64,000 bases of DNA from the human T2T-CHM13v2.0 reference genome, Homo sapiens, in assembly GCF_009914755.1 (NCBI RefSeq), contig NC_060928.1, one strand, 5' to 3'. A model generated the notes under the pieces. It made no database searches, had not been told where the DNA came from, and worked only from the letters and a program-made list of their open reading frames with translations. Each line of letters starts with the position of its first letter. Position 1 is the stretch's first letter. The position numbers and the translations under genes were made by a program. Shown piece by piece: positions 13,831-28,586 of this stretch.

Positions 13831-14570
13831 TAGAATGTACATGGAAGTAAGTGGTGATGGTGGTGAGAAGGATGGCTTTTTTTGAGACAGAATTTTGCTG
13901 TGTTGGCCACGCTGGAGTGCAGTGGCACCATCATGGCTCACTGCAACCTCCAAGGATGGCATTTTTAAACAGGGATAAAAATGTTAGGAAATGACCGTCA
14001 TGTGGCAGTTTCTTGAAATAAAAATTTGATTGTTTTAGTGGTTTGTAGTTCTACCAAAACTTAGCCCTGTTTTTAATTTATTTTAATAAAGGCAAAGTGA
14101 GTACCATAACAACCTAGCTATGAACTTTAAAATAGAGACTATAGTTTCTAAAACTTAGGCTTAATTGGCACATAAATGTAAACACATTAAACAAGTGTTG
14201 AAAAGAAATTCGAGAGGACATTTTTCTTTGGGAGCCATCAAATAAGGGATGTGGTAGAATTTAGAAAGGCCCCCAGGTCAGTGAGGTACAGTTATAAGGA
14301 AGTGAAGATTTAGACAGTAAGGAGGGCATTCCACCTGGCTATTAAATATAAAGGTTAATTTACAAAACAACCTTTTGTATGTGTGAAGGACTGTTATGGG
14401 AATTGGGGTGAAAGATGGTCTCTATCTCTGCCAAAAATAGATCTTGAAGAGATAAATAGCAAAGCCCATGAAGGAAAACACAGAAGTGGTGTTCTTTTTT
14501 ATATATTTAGCAATAGGAAATAATCTTCTGCCTTGGATAGTTTAGGAAGTAGCAGATGGTTTAAGTACCA

Positions 14571-15400
14571 GTGATATTATGATTATATATTGGTTTTCGT
14601 CCATGGTTCCTGGCCCATAACTCCCACAGTCCTTGTTAGTCTTTTGTTATAATGGTGGGGCACTTTAGGCCTCAGGAGACAGAATCTCTCTGTGACCTTC
14701 TCTTATCTTCCTTTCACTTGCCCAAGGCAGGACTCTAATCTAATTGTAAGTCTAAAGACTTTTATTCCAGAGAGTTCCTGCCCCATACTCTGGAGGAAGG
14801 AATGCTGTACAGAGAGGCCAAGAAAAATCTGAACTGAAGGGTGTTGGTTGATTTAGATCATACCCTTTTTGTCCAGTCACATTTCTACATGGTTGTCAAT
14901 CTTGCCTACACTATGAAGTCTTCATAAAAGGCCCAAGAGGACTGGGTCTCCAGAGAGCTTCTGGATAGCTGAGCATGTGGAGGTTTAGGGAGAGTGGTGT
15001 GCCCAGGGAGGGCATGGAAGCACCACGCCCCTTCCCCCATATCTCACCTTACACATCTCTTCATCTGTGTGCTTTGTAATGTCCTTTACAATAAACCGTT
15101 AAACGTTAAGTAGGTGTTTCCTTGAGTTCTGTGAGCCACTCCAGCAAATTAATTGAAACCGTGGGATCCCAACTTGAAACCAGTCTATCAGAAGTTCTGG
15201 AGGTCCAGATCTGTGACTGGTGTCTGAAGGGGTCGGGGGGGGTGCAGTCTTGGGGACTGAGCCCTCAACCTGTGGGATCTGACTCCATCTCCAGGTAGTT
15301 GTGTAGATAGTAGGAAAATCTCCTCCTCCCACGTTTGATCACAGAAGTCTTCTGTGTTGACGATTGTTGTGGTGTGAGAGCAGAGGAAAAACACAGAATT
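14571..15400 (+). mobile_element. MER21-family solo LTR
   Basis: Start TGATATTATGATTATATATTGG; AATAAA at 15090; GTGTTTCCTTGAGTTCTGTGAGCCACTCCAGCAAATTAATTGAA and GGGACTGAGCCCTCAACCTGTGGGATCTGA match MER21 as I recall it. Confidence 0.8.
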
Positions 15401-15806
15401 TTTTGAAAACAGCACCTTTTTCTCAAGGGATTCTGTGGCTTCTTGAAAAAATGTGATCACAATAAACTACTGTAGGAACTGAAAGTTTTTGTCCTTTGTG
15501 TATCACAGCTATATTTAATTACATAAAGTTGCTTCAAAGATCTGCATTCATTATCACCTCATCTCTTTTGTACTTCTCTTCACAGTTATTTTCAAATGAA
15601 TGTATTGAGTTATAGACCTTTGTGGCATAATGATTGCTTTTATGAATGTTTCACGACCATGTAAGAAAGAACGTATTTGCTTTATTTTCAGAGTCCAGAG
15701 ATAAATGTGGTTTTGTATCTTATTTCTGTATTCTTATTTTGTCTGTTTGATCTGCCATGGACTAAGAGATGAATAAAAGCCTCATATGAGTACACTGCTA
15801 TCTTAA

Positions 15807-16134
<328 letters not shown>

Positions 16135-17274
16135 TAATGCCATGTTTTTGATGCACAGGTAGTCATCATTGTTAACGTCGTCTTTTCAAATTGTCCTGTT
16201 TGGCAATATTAGTTTTTAATGTATTCTTCCAGAAGGTTTCTTTGAGTATAGGTGATATTTCTCAAAAAGATGTGTATCTTTTAATATATTCTGCATGCGG
16301 ATTTTATTTTGGTTTAAGGAGTGATGGAAGATTTCTGAACCCTTCCTCTCTTCCCCAAGACTCACCATTCTGTTCTCTATATTTAAGCGCCATCATCAAA
16401 TTCACTGTACCTTTGTATGCGTTTTAATATATGATTGGGCTGATTGCCCTTCTTTACCCTTCTGAGGTGCACTCTCAGAATTTTTGTGGCTGTTTTCTCA
16501 TGTAATTTTTCTGAGTCTTCTGTCAAACAACTTGGGGCCTTGTAATAGGATGACTTCCTAACAAATTTGTAAAACCTCATCCTGTTTTTCAGAAGTACTA
16601 AAGTTTTAAATGGATTACCGTGTTCTTTGTAGATTTTCATGGAATGGGAAAGGCTAAAGTAGAGGGCCAGGGACTCCTGAGTCACTCACCAGACACCACT
16701 CATTTATCTTGGAGACATTAGGGAAATCCTGTTTGCCTCAGTTTATCCAGAAGTAAAAATGTACATTTGCTCTTGTCATAAATGAATGTATTTTTAATGT
16801 AACTCTGTAAGAGTGGAATCATATTTCTATAGGTGATTTACATCTGGCTTTAGGCAGAAGCAGTGTTTCACAGTATCATTGTTTCTGTGGATAGTATCCC
16901 ACTTTCTGGCAGACTTGATTGAATCAGTATGCCTTGGAAATAATAGATGTAATTTAGGCTCTTTAGAATCTTTTTTTGTAGTTCAGTAAAACAAAACTAA
17001 TTGTAAGTTAATTGTAATTAAAAGAGAAATGTCTTCCTGAATCTCAGTAATTTGTCTAAACATTTTCTTTTTGTTCCCTTTCAATCTTTTATTTATGCAT
17101 TAAATTTTTTCACATTGTTGACTTATTCTTTATGTGTGTTTGATAAGTGATTTAGTCAACACATAGGGGAAAAAGGGGTTGGGATTACTTTAGACTGTTA
17201 TGATTTTTGAGATTGTCATTTTGAAGAGGAACAGATAAATCTTTCACATCTTTATGCTTAGAAATGCCATGCTA

Positions 17275-17590
<316 letters not shown>

Positions 17591-17896
17591 CTAAAAACAC
17601 TTTTAAAAGTCAAAAATAGCCCAGTTAACATTGACTAAAGCAAGGTGTTATTTTATACATTGTGCTAGGAGCCAAGGTAGTTAACAGAGATATTAACACA
17701 CTGACACTTAGGTTTAGTAGATGTTCCAGTCTGTTCATGATGCTGGTGATGGAAAGTATTACTGAACACCATACTTAAAAGCTTTACCCATTCATATTTA
17801 TTTGTAAGACTGTGGTAGCTGAAGAAAAACTAGTATAGCCCACAAAATCCAAATAAATCAAGGACCCCTCTACGATGTTTTCTTTCCCGTGCTTAC

Positions 17897-17898
<2 letters not shown>

Positions 17899-17962
<64 letters not shown>

Positions 17963-18205
17963 ATCTGTGTGTATATATATCTGTGTGTGTATATATATGT
18001 GCGTGTATATATGTGTGTGTATATATATGTGTGTGTATATATATAGCTGTGTGTATATATATGTGTGTGTATGTATATCTGTGTGTATATATATATCTGT
18101 GTGTATATATGTATATATATCTGTGTGTGTGTATATATATATAATATCATGTGTGTGTATATATATACATATCACGTGTGTGTATATATATGCACACACA
18201 CACAC
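17899..18205. repeat. (AT)30 microsatellite followed by a degenerate (TA)/(TG) compound repeat
   Basis: Pure AT alternation 17899-17958, then ATATATATCTGTGTGT-like units. Confidence 0.97.
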
Positions 18206-18274
18206 GAATGTTAGCAAAGAACCCAAGCATTGCCTCAATAAGTAACGTTAGAATCATACATCCAAGCCAAAATC

Positions 18275-18583
18275 TTTATTTATTTTATTTTTAATTTATT
18301 TATTTAATATAGATGGAGTCTCTGTTGCCCAGACTGGAGTGTAGTGGTGTGATCATAGCTTACCGCAGCATTAGACTCCTGGACTCAAGTGATCCTCTTG
18401 CCTCACCCTCCCGAGTAGCTGGGACTACAGGCAGGCACACACCACCATGCCCAGCTAATTTTTAATTTTTTTTTGTAGAGATGGGGTCTTGCTTTGTTGT
18501 TCAGGCTGGTCTTGAACTCAGGTGATCCTACCACTTTGGGTTCTCAAAGTGCTGGGATTAAAGGTGTAAGCCACTGTGCCCAG
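18275..18583 (-). mobile_element. Alu (AluJ-like)
   Basis: Diverged antisense Alu with (TTTA)n tail. Confidence 0.88.
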
Positions 18584-19984
18584 CAGACTGAAATCATTTT
18601 ATAACTGTGCTTTTCAATGTTATCTTAAAATTAGCTGGGGAAGAATTCTGTTTAGTTTTTGTTTTTTGGTGTCAGTCTCATTTAAAAATTGACAAGGAAA
18701 TGAATGGATTTGTGGTAACTGCCTTTTAACTTTGTAAATTTTAACCTAATGTATGTTTAAATTATCAGAAATAGAAAATTCAGATACTTCTATACTTACT
18801 GACTTATTATAAAAACTGCCTAAACTGAAGGACAGAACCACTTAAATTATTCATTTATTTGAGAAGAAATTTTCTATTTTAATTCAACAATGACTTTTTT
18901 CACTATATTTTCATGGTTGAACTGGCTAGAGTGGGTAGTTATTTCAATAGGTGTTGGAAATTAAAAAAAGTGTAGATAGTTTCCAGTTTACTGATTTTCT
19001 TCCAAAAATGTGTTTGGGACATAGAAAATGTTTTGCAGAAGCAGCAAGGAAAATCATGTGATGAAGGTTAGGCCCTAGGCTAGAGCCAGAATGTTTCTTA
19101 ACTTGTGCCAAAATGTCCAACATTTGGAATAATAATGGCAAACGGTGCAATCACTGAAATAAAGCATGAAAACCATGCTTAAACAAGAGGGTTCGTTCTA
19201 TACTTGTGTTAGCTTTTAGCTTTAGGGGGTTTTGTGGATGGAGAAAGAGGAGTGGTGTAAGGGATCTTTAAGATTACTTGGAGGAGACTGGAAAAAATGG
19301 ATTCTTTGGGGCAGGGGCATTTCCACTGGTAAACCTGGGCACTTTTAAGGACAGAGGATTATGTATAATTTTGATCTATGGTAATAGCAGTCTTTTATTA
19401 AGCAATTATTTATTGAGCATTCTGTTATGTTCTGATCTCTGAACCAGGAACTTTGCAAAATGGTATCATTTAATCTGCAAGGCAGAGCTTATCACTGCCA
19501 TTATACAGATAAACTGAGGCTCATGGCAAGTGACGGCTGATACACAGCTTCAGATCTACTCCAGACTTACATGTAAATGTCTCCTTGCCCTTCATACATA
19601 TATCCGTGTGGCCAGTGACCCATGATTTACTGGTGGAGCAAAGGAAGGCATAGAAAATGGAATATGGGTGGGGTGTCTGTTTATCTCTAAACTGAGCTAT
19701 AACTGAAACAAAAAAAGAGGATGAGAGTAGGGAAACATGGTATGTGTAAAATTCCTCTCAGAGTGAAGAAATGTGAGGTCAGTGTTTCCCAGCGTTAGCC
19801 TCTGGGAAGTAAGTGCCTTTTCTCCAGCTTGGTTACTGCATGGGGAATTTGGAGAGAGATGGTAGGGTATTTGTAACTTGGGGAACTCCAGCAATATTTG
19901 GGACAGGGGATGTATGTGGATGGAACCTTTTTGTATAAAAGATGTGAAATCCCTTTTACCCTTCATCCTCCTTTAGGATCCTGC

Positions 19985-20283
<299 letters not shown>

Positions 20284-20629
20284 TGATCCCTATCCTGCTT
20301 CTTTAGAAAAAACTGATGTTTAGAATAAAACATTTTTCCACCCCTTCATTTTTAGTGTGAAATGCATGCATCCCTTCACCTCTGCTGTGAGATACCACAT
20401 TTTATGCCATCCTTGGGATCCCCTTTTTTCACAAGGTTCTCTTATCCTGCTCCATAGGCTGCCAGCTCTAGTGACCATCTATTGTGTTTAGTATTGAGTT
20501 ATCTCCCTTTTTAGGGAGGAAAGGGATGTAATGGGAGAGGCATAGGCAGAATGCAGGAAGGGGCACCAAAGCCTGTGCTCCTTTGCCAGCACTTGGACTC
20601 CAGCTGTGTATATTCATTAATAATGACTC

Positions 20630-20780
20630 ACAGTTATTGAACACTAGGCACTGGGCTCAGCACTATGTCTGCATTAGTTAATGTAATTATTACAACAGCC
20701 CAAAACTTTTTGGTACAATTCTCATCTCTATTTTAGAGAGGACGAAACTAAGGCTTAGAGAGTGTATGGCTTGTCCTGTT
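20630..20780. mobile_element. MIR fragment
   Basis: TTATTGAACAC..GGCACTGGGCTCAGCAC...CTCTATTTTAGAGAGGACGAAACTAAGGCTTAGAGAG. Confidence 0.6.
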
Positions 20781-20940
20781 GGCTGTACCTGGCAGTGACA
20801 GCATCTCAGACGTGCCGGTCATAAATGTAGCCATTGGCAAAGATTTCCCATGTCAGTTCCTTCCGTCCTGCATTATTGTGGTGGCTGCTATCCCAGTAGA
20901 GAAGTAACACAGTGACTTTGGGAATATTTCTCATTCTCTA

Positions 20941-21150
20941 CAGGGGTGGTTCTCCACAGGGGAGGAGATTTTACCCTTCCCTATCCCGGGGATATTTGGC
21001 AATGTCTGGAGACAGATATGGCTGTCACGCCTGGGAGGGGGGTGTGCTACCATCATCTCAGATAGAGGCTAGGGATGCTGCTAACGTCCTGCAATACACA
21101 GGACAGCCCCACCCTAAGAATTACCTGGCCCCAAGTGTCAATAGTGGAGA
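20941..21150. mobile_element. MER20 hAT-Charlie MITE
   Basis: GGGATATTTGGCAATGTCTGGAGACA...GAGGCTAGGGATGCTGCTAA..TCCTGCAATACACAGGACAGCCCC...AAGAATTACCTGGCCCCAAGTGTCAATAGTG. Confidence 0.85.
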
Positions 21151-21340
21151 ACTCTCGCTCTGCAGGTTTCGCCTAGTTCCTATGCATGGGGATGTTTGTG
21201 TTTCCGAGAGCGTCTGTACATTGTAATCAGACCCTAAATCATGCTGGCCCCAGGTGTCAGTTACTTGACCTGTATTTGCTTAGGACACAGTATGTGCAAG
21301 ACACTCCTGGGTGCTCTGTGGGTTACACAGCCTTACTCTA

Positions 21341-21780
<440 letters not shown>

Positions 21781-23094
21781 GAGACCATTCCCTGTACTCG
21801 TTTACTGTGATGGTAACCAAAATGTTCCATCGTGTGGCATGTTGCTGAGCCTCCTCTCTGCCTCCTTCAGTTTCAACAAAGTCGTGGCAGGAGACTGACA
21901 AACAGCAGTCTCTGTGTGGGGACCTTGAGTGGCCATCCAGTTGCTCTGTAGTAGGAAGTGGTAGGGAAGTTGGAGGTGAGGAGGGCCCGTTAGTAGGGAA
22001 CTGAGGCCAGACTTCTAAAAGAGCAAGGAAAGAATTTCGAATGACATGGTTCCTCAGCATGTCTGCAGGGAGGAGGTTTATTGCAGCAGCATTTAGAACT
22101 AGCTCAGAGGAGAAATAATGGGCGAAGGGAGATTGGTACATATAAGGTAATACCTATTGTATTACAGATTTACTTATGTAAAATGCTTTTCTAAAATCTG
22201 GTTCTCTCGTATTTTATATACCAGATGTAACTCAAACTAGATGAAATAGAACCATAGACTCAATCCTTCCTAAAAGCTCAAGGCTTTCTGGCTTGGTAAT
22301 TTTGTGGGGAAGCACTTGCAGGAAAAACACTTTGAAATATGAAGAAGGAAATGTGATTCCGGTGGTTTCTTTATAGGCCCTAAATCAGTACAGGAAGAAA
22401 TAGGACAAGAACCAGAGAAGATTAACTTTCTGAAACTTTACAAACAGCCTAATTCCCAAGTAGAGAAAAGTATATTTTAAAGAATGAATACTGGGGGAGG
22501 AAATGAGGGAAGGTGAATTAAGCCTTCACAGTGGCTGCTAAGGAGATTACCCTGAAAACTTCCCAGGTGGGAATCTGAAACTTACTTCTACAAATGTATG
22601 CATGTGTCTCTACTAGATTGCTTGTAGTTTCCCAGTAGAGCAAAAAGCAGAAGCCAGAGAAAGATTTGAAGGTGTTAGGTAAGTGCTCTAGTTTTGCTTG
22701 GCGTGCATGCACGGATACACATGTAACATGCACACTTCTGCTATTTCAGTTCTGCTGACAGCTGATGAAATCATGTGTCTCACAAGTTTAGGACCACTCT
22801 TGAGTTCCTTTCCTTCCAAAGATTTGCTATAATATTTCATAGATAAATTTGTGCTTCCAAATTACTCCTTTCTGCTAAAATCTGAGATTTAACCAGAAGC
22901 CTGTAAATACCCTAGAGGAGAGAGGAGAGTCTGTTGGAAAAATGTGGGGCACACAACGATCCTACCACAGTGTTTTGACCAAATTTAATAGTTTATTCTT
23001 GTGGTTATTTTTTCTAACATTATGAACATTTTCAAACATTCAGAAAAGTTTAATGAATTTCACAGTAAAAAGCCTTATTCTCAGATTATAAGTA

Positions 23095-23535
23095 CATATT
23101 AAATAGTCCTAATTCAAAATCCTAAACATTCCAAAATCTGAAACTTTTTGTTGTTGTTGCTGTTGGGTTTTTTTTTTTTTTTTTTTTTTTTTGAGGTGAG
23201 TCTCACTGTCGCCCAGACTGGAGTGCAGTGGTGTGATCAATGCAGTGGCCCATTGCAACCTCTGCCTCCTGGGGTTCAAGTGATTCTCCTGCCTCAGCCT
23301 CCCAAGTAGGTGGGATTACAGGCGTGCACCACCAGGCCTGGCTACAAAATCTGAAACTTTTTGAGTGATGACATGACACTCTAAGGAAGTGCTTATTGGA
23401 GCATTTTATTTTTCAGATTTTAAGATTAGTAGTGCTAAATGCCAGTGTTCCAAAATCCAAAAAAAAGAAAAAAAATTGAAACCCAAAACACTTAAGGTCC
23501 CAAGCATTTCAGATAAAGGGATACCCAGTCTGTAT
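23095..23535. mobile_element. MER46/Tigger4 remnant carrying an inserted antisense Alu right arm (~23151-23344)
   Basis: CCAAAATCTGAAACTTTTTGAGTGATGACATGACACTC...GGTCCCAAGCATTTCAGATAAAGGGATAC; 19 bp TSD CAAAATCTGAAACTTTTTG around the Alu arm. Confidence 0.85.
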
Positions 23536-25567
23536 TAACATTTTATTTTACTTGCATTACCATATATTCATCTCTTTGTTGCTGTGTCCATCCATTAATG
23601 TATTTTTATACTTCTTATATAAGTTGTGGGAGAGTATACTGTCCCGTAAATAGCTTGTATATCATTAAAGTTCAGTATTTTTTTTTACGTTTTTTTTTCT
23701 TTTGGTATAAAATGCAGTGAAAGGCACAAATTTTAAGTGTACTGGCCCATTTTGACAGTGCATGCATCTGTGTAACTCATACCCCTAGTAAGATTTGGAA
23801 CTATTCTTAAGGTTATTTTTTGGTGTGTATCTGGGAAGATGATTAGAAGAAGAGTAAACAAACACGTAACCTGTTTTATTTTTCTTCTCTCAGGGTGTCA
23901 TTTCAATTTTTTAAAACCTGTTGGATGAGTTGTGTGTGCTTGATAATACCTCATTTTGTAGAGATTATTTAAATTCCTTGAGGTCTCAGACCAAAGCTCT
24001 TGGATTAAGGTACGTTTTTCTTCACCTAGGTTGTCTCTTGCTGAGAATTAAAGATAAATTTTTTAGAACCAGCCCTTCTCACACTGAAGGAAAGTGGAGA
24101 CTCATGTCCATTTAAGACCTCCCCATTTTTGGGTAACAGTAAAATGCATGTGACAGAATATAACTATTACTAAATCATTCCCTGCCACTCTAGGAGTGCA
24201 TTTATTAGAGAAATGCTAGGACTATTGGATTGTGTTCTTCCAGTGTTATGCTTTTGAAGTTGTGGGAAGGCAGGCGGATTGTCCCCAAAGGAGGTGCCCT
24301 TAGTTGATGTCTGTCATCCTACACAGGTGGGGTCTTTTATTTCATGGCCAGGGCTCTCAAAGGCTTCCTTTTGGCCACAATGAGAGAAATCTGGGGGTGA
24401 GTGAGTGTCCTCCCAGGTAAATTAATGGTGGGTCTGTAAATAACCAGGGGCCCCAGACTGAAATCGGGCAGGTTGTAATTTGTCAGATACCTGGATGCCT
24501 GTTACCTGTTTCTTTTTATTCTGTTATCCTCTAGCATTTGGTAAACTTTGATATAAATATTGTGGCCGTTTCTGAGCTACTTTATTGTAAGAGAATAGTT
24601 GGGAATCTGTGATTAGGCTAGAGTTATAAGGGGAAACAAGGTCTCCCTGAGTGCAGGTGGGGCATAGAGGTTTTAAATGGGAAGGAATAGGTGATAAGAA
24701 TATGTAAGAGGTTCACTCTACCTCCATTTGAAGACAGAGGTTTAACGTTATGAAGACTGTCAACCTGTTTCCTCCTTACACTGTCAGCCTGACAGATGTC
24801 TTTTTATGTACGTAAAGGTATTCAGATCCAGCAGTGCATTCTCCCACCAGACTTTTGAAGAATCAGGACATTTGAGGAACATTAAGTTCTGACCTTTAAT
24901 AGCAGCCACTGGCTTAATTCTTCATATTTTCCAAAAACCACACCCGCCTGCTGGAATAGATAGCACAGGGAAGTTGGATGGACTCCCTGTGCCTTGGGAG
25001 TTCTTACTCCCAGAGTGTCTCCTAGTGTTTCCTTTTGCTGTGCTGTGTCCCGTATGTCCTGTCATTTCCATTTATTTTATCCTCAAATTATAAAGAATTG
25101 TAGTGTTAAGTCCGTTATTCACTTTAAGATGCAGCCAGAACAGTGACTGGAGTGGTTTCATACCTCATGGGTTTCCCACACTTCCATCAACACACACTTC
25201 ACAACACCTTGGAGGCATTGTGAAAAGGTCAAGCTTTGGAGATGGGGAAGAGTCCTGAAGATGTTGGGTGACATTGTACAGTGAATGGAGGCTGCCTGCT
25301 TGGCACACTTTCCATCACACATCACATTTTGCTAATCTTTTGGAATAAGGGGGAAAGACATTTAAATGAGATAATTAGAGATAAGAATGGAGATTTTAAT
25401 CTTTTCCCTGAAGTCAAGAAGGCAGATAAGGAGAAATTGCTGTCACTGAAAGACTGTATATTTTACAAGAAGTTATTTCAGAAGCAGTCTCTATTCCTTT
25501 AGGCTTTAAATGAACTTAAAAAAAAAAAAATCACCCCTTGTGTTTCTTACTAATTTAGGGACTAGTC

Positions 25568-25792
25568 CAGGGGTCAACAAACCTTTTCTGTGAAGGACCA
25601 GATGGTAAATATTTTAGGCTTTGCAGCCCACGCGGTTTATGTTGCACCTACTTAGCTCTGCTGTGGTGGGACCAAAGCATCCATAAACAATACGTAAGCA
25701 GATGAGGATCACTATGTTCCAATGAATCTTTATTTACAAAAATAGGTAGCTGGTCCAGATTTGGCCCATGAGCCATAGTTTGCCAATCCCTG
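25568..25792. mobile_element. MER58A hAT MITE
   Basis: TIRs CAGGGGTCAACAAAC / GTTTGCCAATCCCTG; 8 bp TSD GACTAGTC / GACTAGCC. Confidence 0.88.
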
Positions 25793-28249
25793 GACTAGCC
25801 CATCCTTTTATTTCTTGCTAACTTTAAGGAACATTTTAAAGTTGAAATTTAAAGATTGGCCAGTGTTAAATATGAATGGTTAAAAAAATTCTCCCCCCTT
25901 TGCCGCTGGCAGTCTTACCCTTCTTTAATTTTACTTACAAGTCTGAAACACTGGTCTAAGCATGTCAGGAAATAAGCGAACAGTTTGGGGGTGGGAGTAT
26001 GCAACTAAATATTCGTTTAAAACTTACACTGAGCTTTTTTTTTTTTCTTCCCCGTTCCATTTCACATTGTTAATGTTGGCTCAGCAAACAGAATGATATG
26101 TGGAAGTCTTGAAAACAGTGTAAAATCATTTGAATTAGGAGGTTAGGCCAGACTTCACAGCAAAGCTCTGTGTAACCAGCGTCCTGGTACTCTGTGCAGA
26201 CCCAGTGCTGAGTGACTCGCATTCCCAAGATTGAGCCTCTTTTGGGCAATGAGGAGCAAAAGGGGTCTGGGAATGGTGATCGGTTTTGTTTGTGTGATCA
26301 TCTGAGGCCCCAGTTGAGTGCATTTGCATTCTAAACTCCCACATCCACACTCGGTTCATTTCCCGAAAACTGACAGTTTTCCACGTGCACAGTAATTTGA
26401 GATCGTTGTTTCAGGCTGAGGAAAGCCCAGAGGCCGTTGTCTGGGGTGGGGGTAGGAGGGTATTGCAGGCTCTGAAAGATAATTGAGGCACTCCAGACCA
26501 GTGGAGTGGGTGGCTGCAAGACGTTATCGTCCCCACAGAGTATCAGGCATGCTTTCGGACCCATCCTGTGAGAAATCTGAGTGGAGTAAGACGGATGCAA
26601 ACACCCTATGGTGAATGATCACTCCCCTACAAACTTAAGTGCTGTCTTGGGGCGGAGGCCTCTTTCTCTCTTGGAAACTTCTGCTCATCATTCAAGATTC
26701 AGCTCAGATGTCCCTGTTCTTAATTAATTAAATCACCCCAGGCTCCTCCATTTAGAGTTCCTGTTTTTCTCCTTAGTCCTTTAGCACTTGTAATCAACCT
26801 CTACTATCACTCTTAGCATTTGTTTTTTTTTTTTTCTTTTGTTCCTCCTCCTTCATTTGTGTACCTCGCTAAATTGTGGAATCCCTCACCTTTTTATCCC
26901 TAGGTCTAGCACATAAGAGGAAGTCAATGTTTACTGGAAATCAGGGGCTTTTCTGTTCTCATTCTGTGAGGCTTACAACCTTGAAGTACAGAAAGCCATA
27001 GATAAATGCATTCCTGTTCTCAACTTTGACGTAAATAATATTCAAAATACAATTCTGTTTTGAAGAAATTATTTTATAAACAGGTCTTATAAAATATAAA
27101 TTGTCACAGTGTATCTGGTGGTAATGTTGAATGTTTCCTTATTGTTTACTTGCAGTGGATATATTAGTGTCTGCTTTTCAGAGAGTAGAAATGGAAACTT
27201 TACAGCCTTATCAAGAACTTAACATTATTAAGGACTCTAAAAATTCTCAAGTGTATGTCTTTCTTAATTACTTGAACTCTCAGATTCTAATTTTTAGCGT
27301 TGGCTGAAGGTTAGAGGGATGCTTTAAGATTGATAAATACCTTTTGTTTTATGCAAGTGAACTGCCTATTGGTAGTGATGGTGAAAAGATGATATATTCT
27401 GCATATAAATGTTGATAGCTGAGCCAAAATCCAGCCCAAAGAATCCTGACAAGCTTTGTAAGGCTCACAACACGGCTTAGCAGAGGTCAAATGAAGGGAG
27501 ACTTCTGCAGAAAAACAATGACTTACTGTTTAGCTTTAAGGAGATGCCAATTATAGCGGGTAGTAGGAGGTGAGCTGGGGTTATGATGAAAATGAGAATA
27601 TTTAGAAACATGTAACTGTTGCTTGTTACCATATAAAATACCAATAGATGTTTCCAGCTTTCTTCTCCTATAATAATCTCCCTGTTCTTCCTACTTGAAA
27701 TGTCTGTGGAATGAAATGGAACAAAATGAAACTGCCTCTAGTTTTTATGACATTAAGCTTTCTTTCTGTAGAAACGAGTGTGGCGTGTGTAATTAAATAA
27801 CCAAAGGGAAAGATAACCAAGATCAAGATATAAACAAAAGCGCTGATGGTTCTTTAAAAGCATTTGTATGGACAACTTATTCCTCCTTTTTTTGTTGTTG
27901 CTGTCTGCTTTGTGTAATATGCAAATAAGGTTAGGTATCTGCTTTGTAGTCCATGTGTTGTTTGCTAGGAGCCTAGAAAAAACTTCTCAGTTGTAGGAAT
28001 TTTGTCTCTTTTTATGAATGTGTCCACAGCAGCCTGTTTAAAATGTAATTGACAGTGGTTTCTCCTTGTAGCAGTTGTTGATTGGGGGGTTGGAGGATCC
28101 TTGACATTTAATTTTGGATATACTCTCCCATGATAGAATGAGCTTGAAGTGGAGAGTGGAGGAGCCCTACAATTTTTTTTTGGTTTATTCAGTAATTGAA
28201 AAATGTGTTGATGGGTTCCTGTGTACTCAGTTCAACAATAAATGTTTCA

Positions 28250-28586
<337 letters not shown>

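Noticed and set aside
17870-18245. ORFs rich in IY/CV/HT repeats
   Set aside because: Artefacts of the (TA)/(TG) microsatellite.
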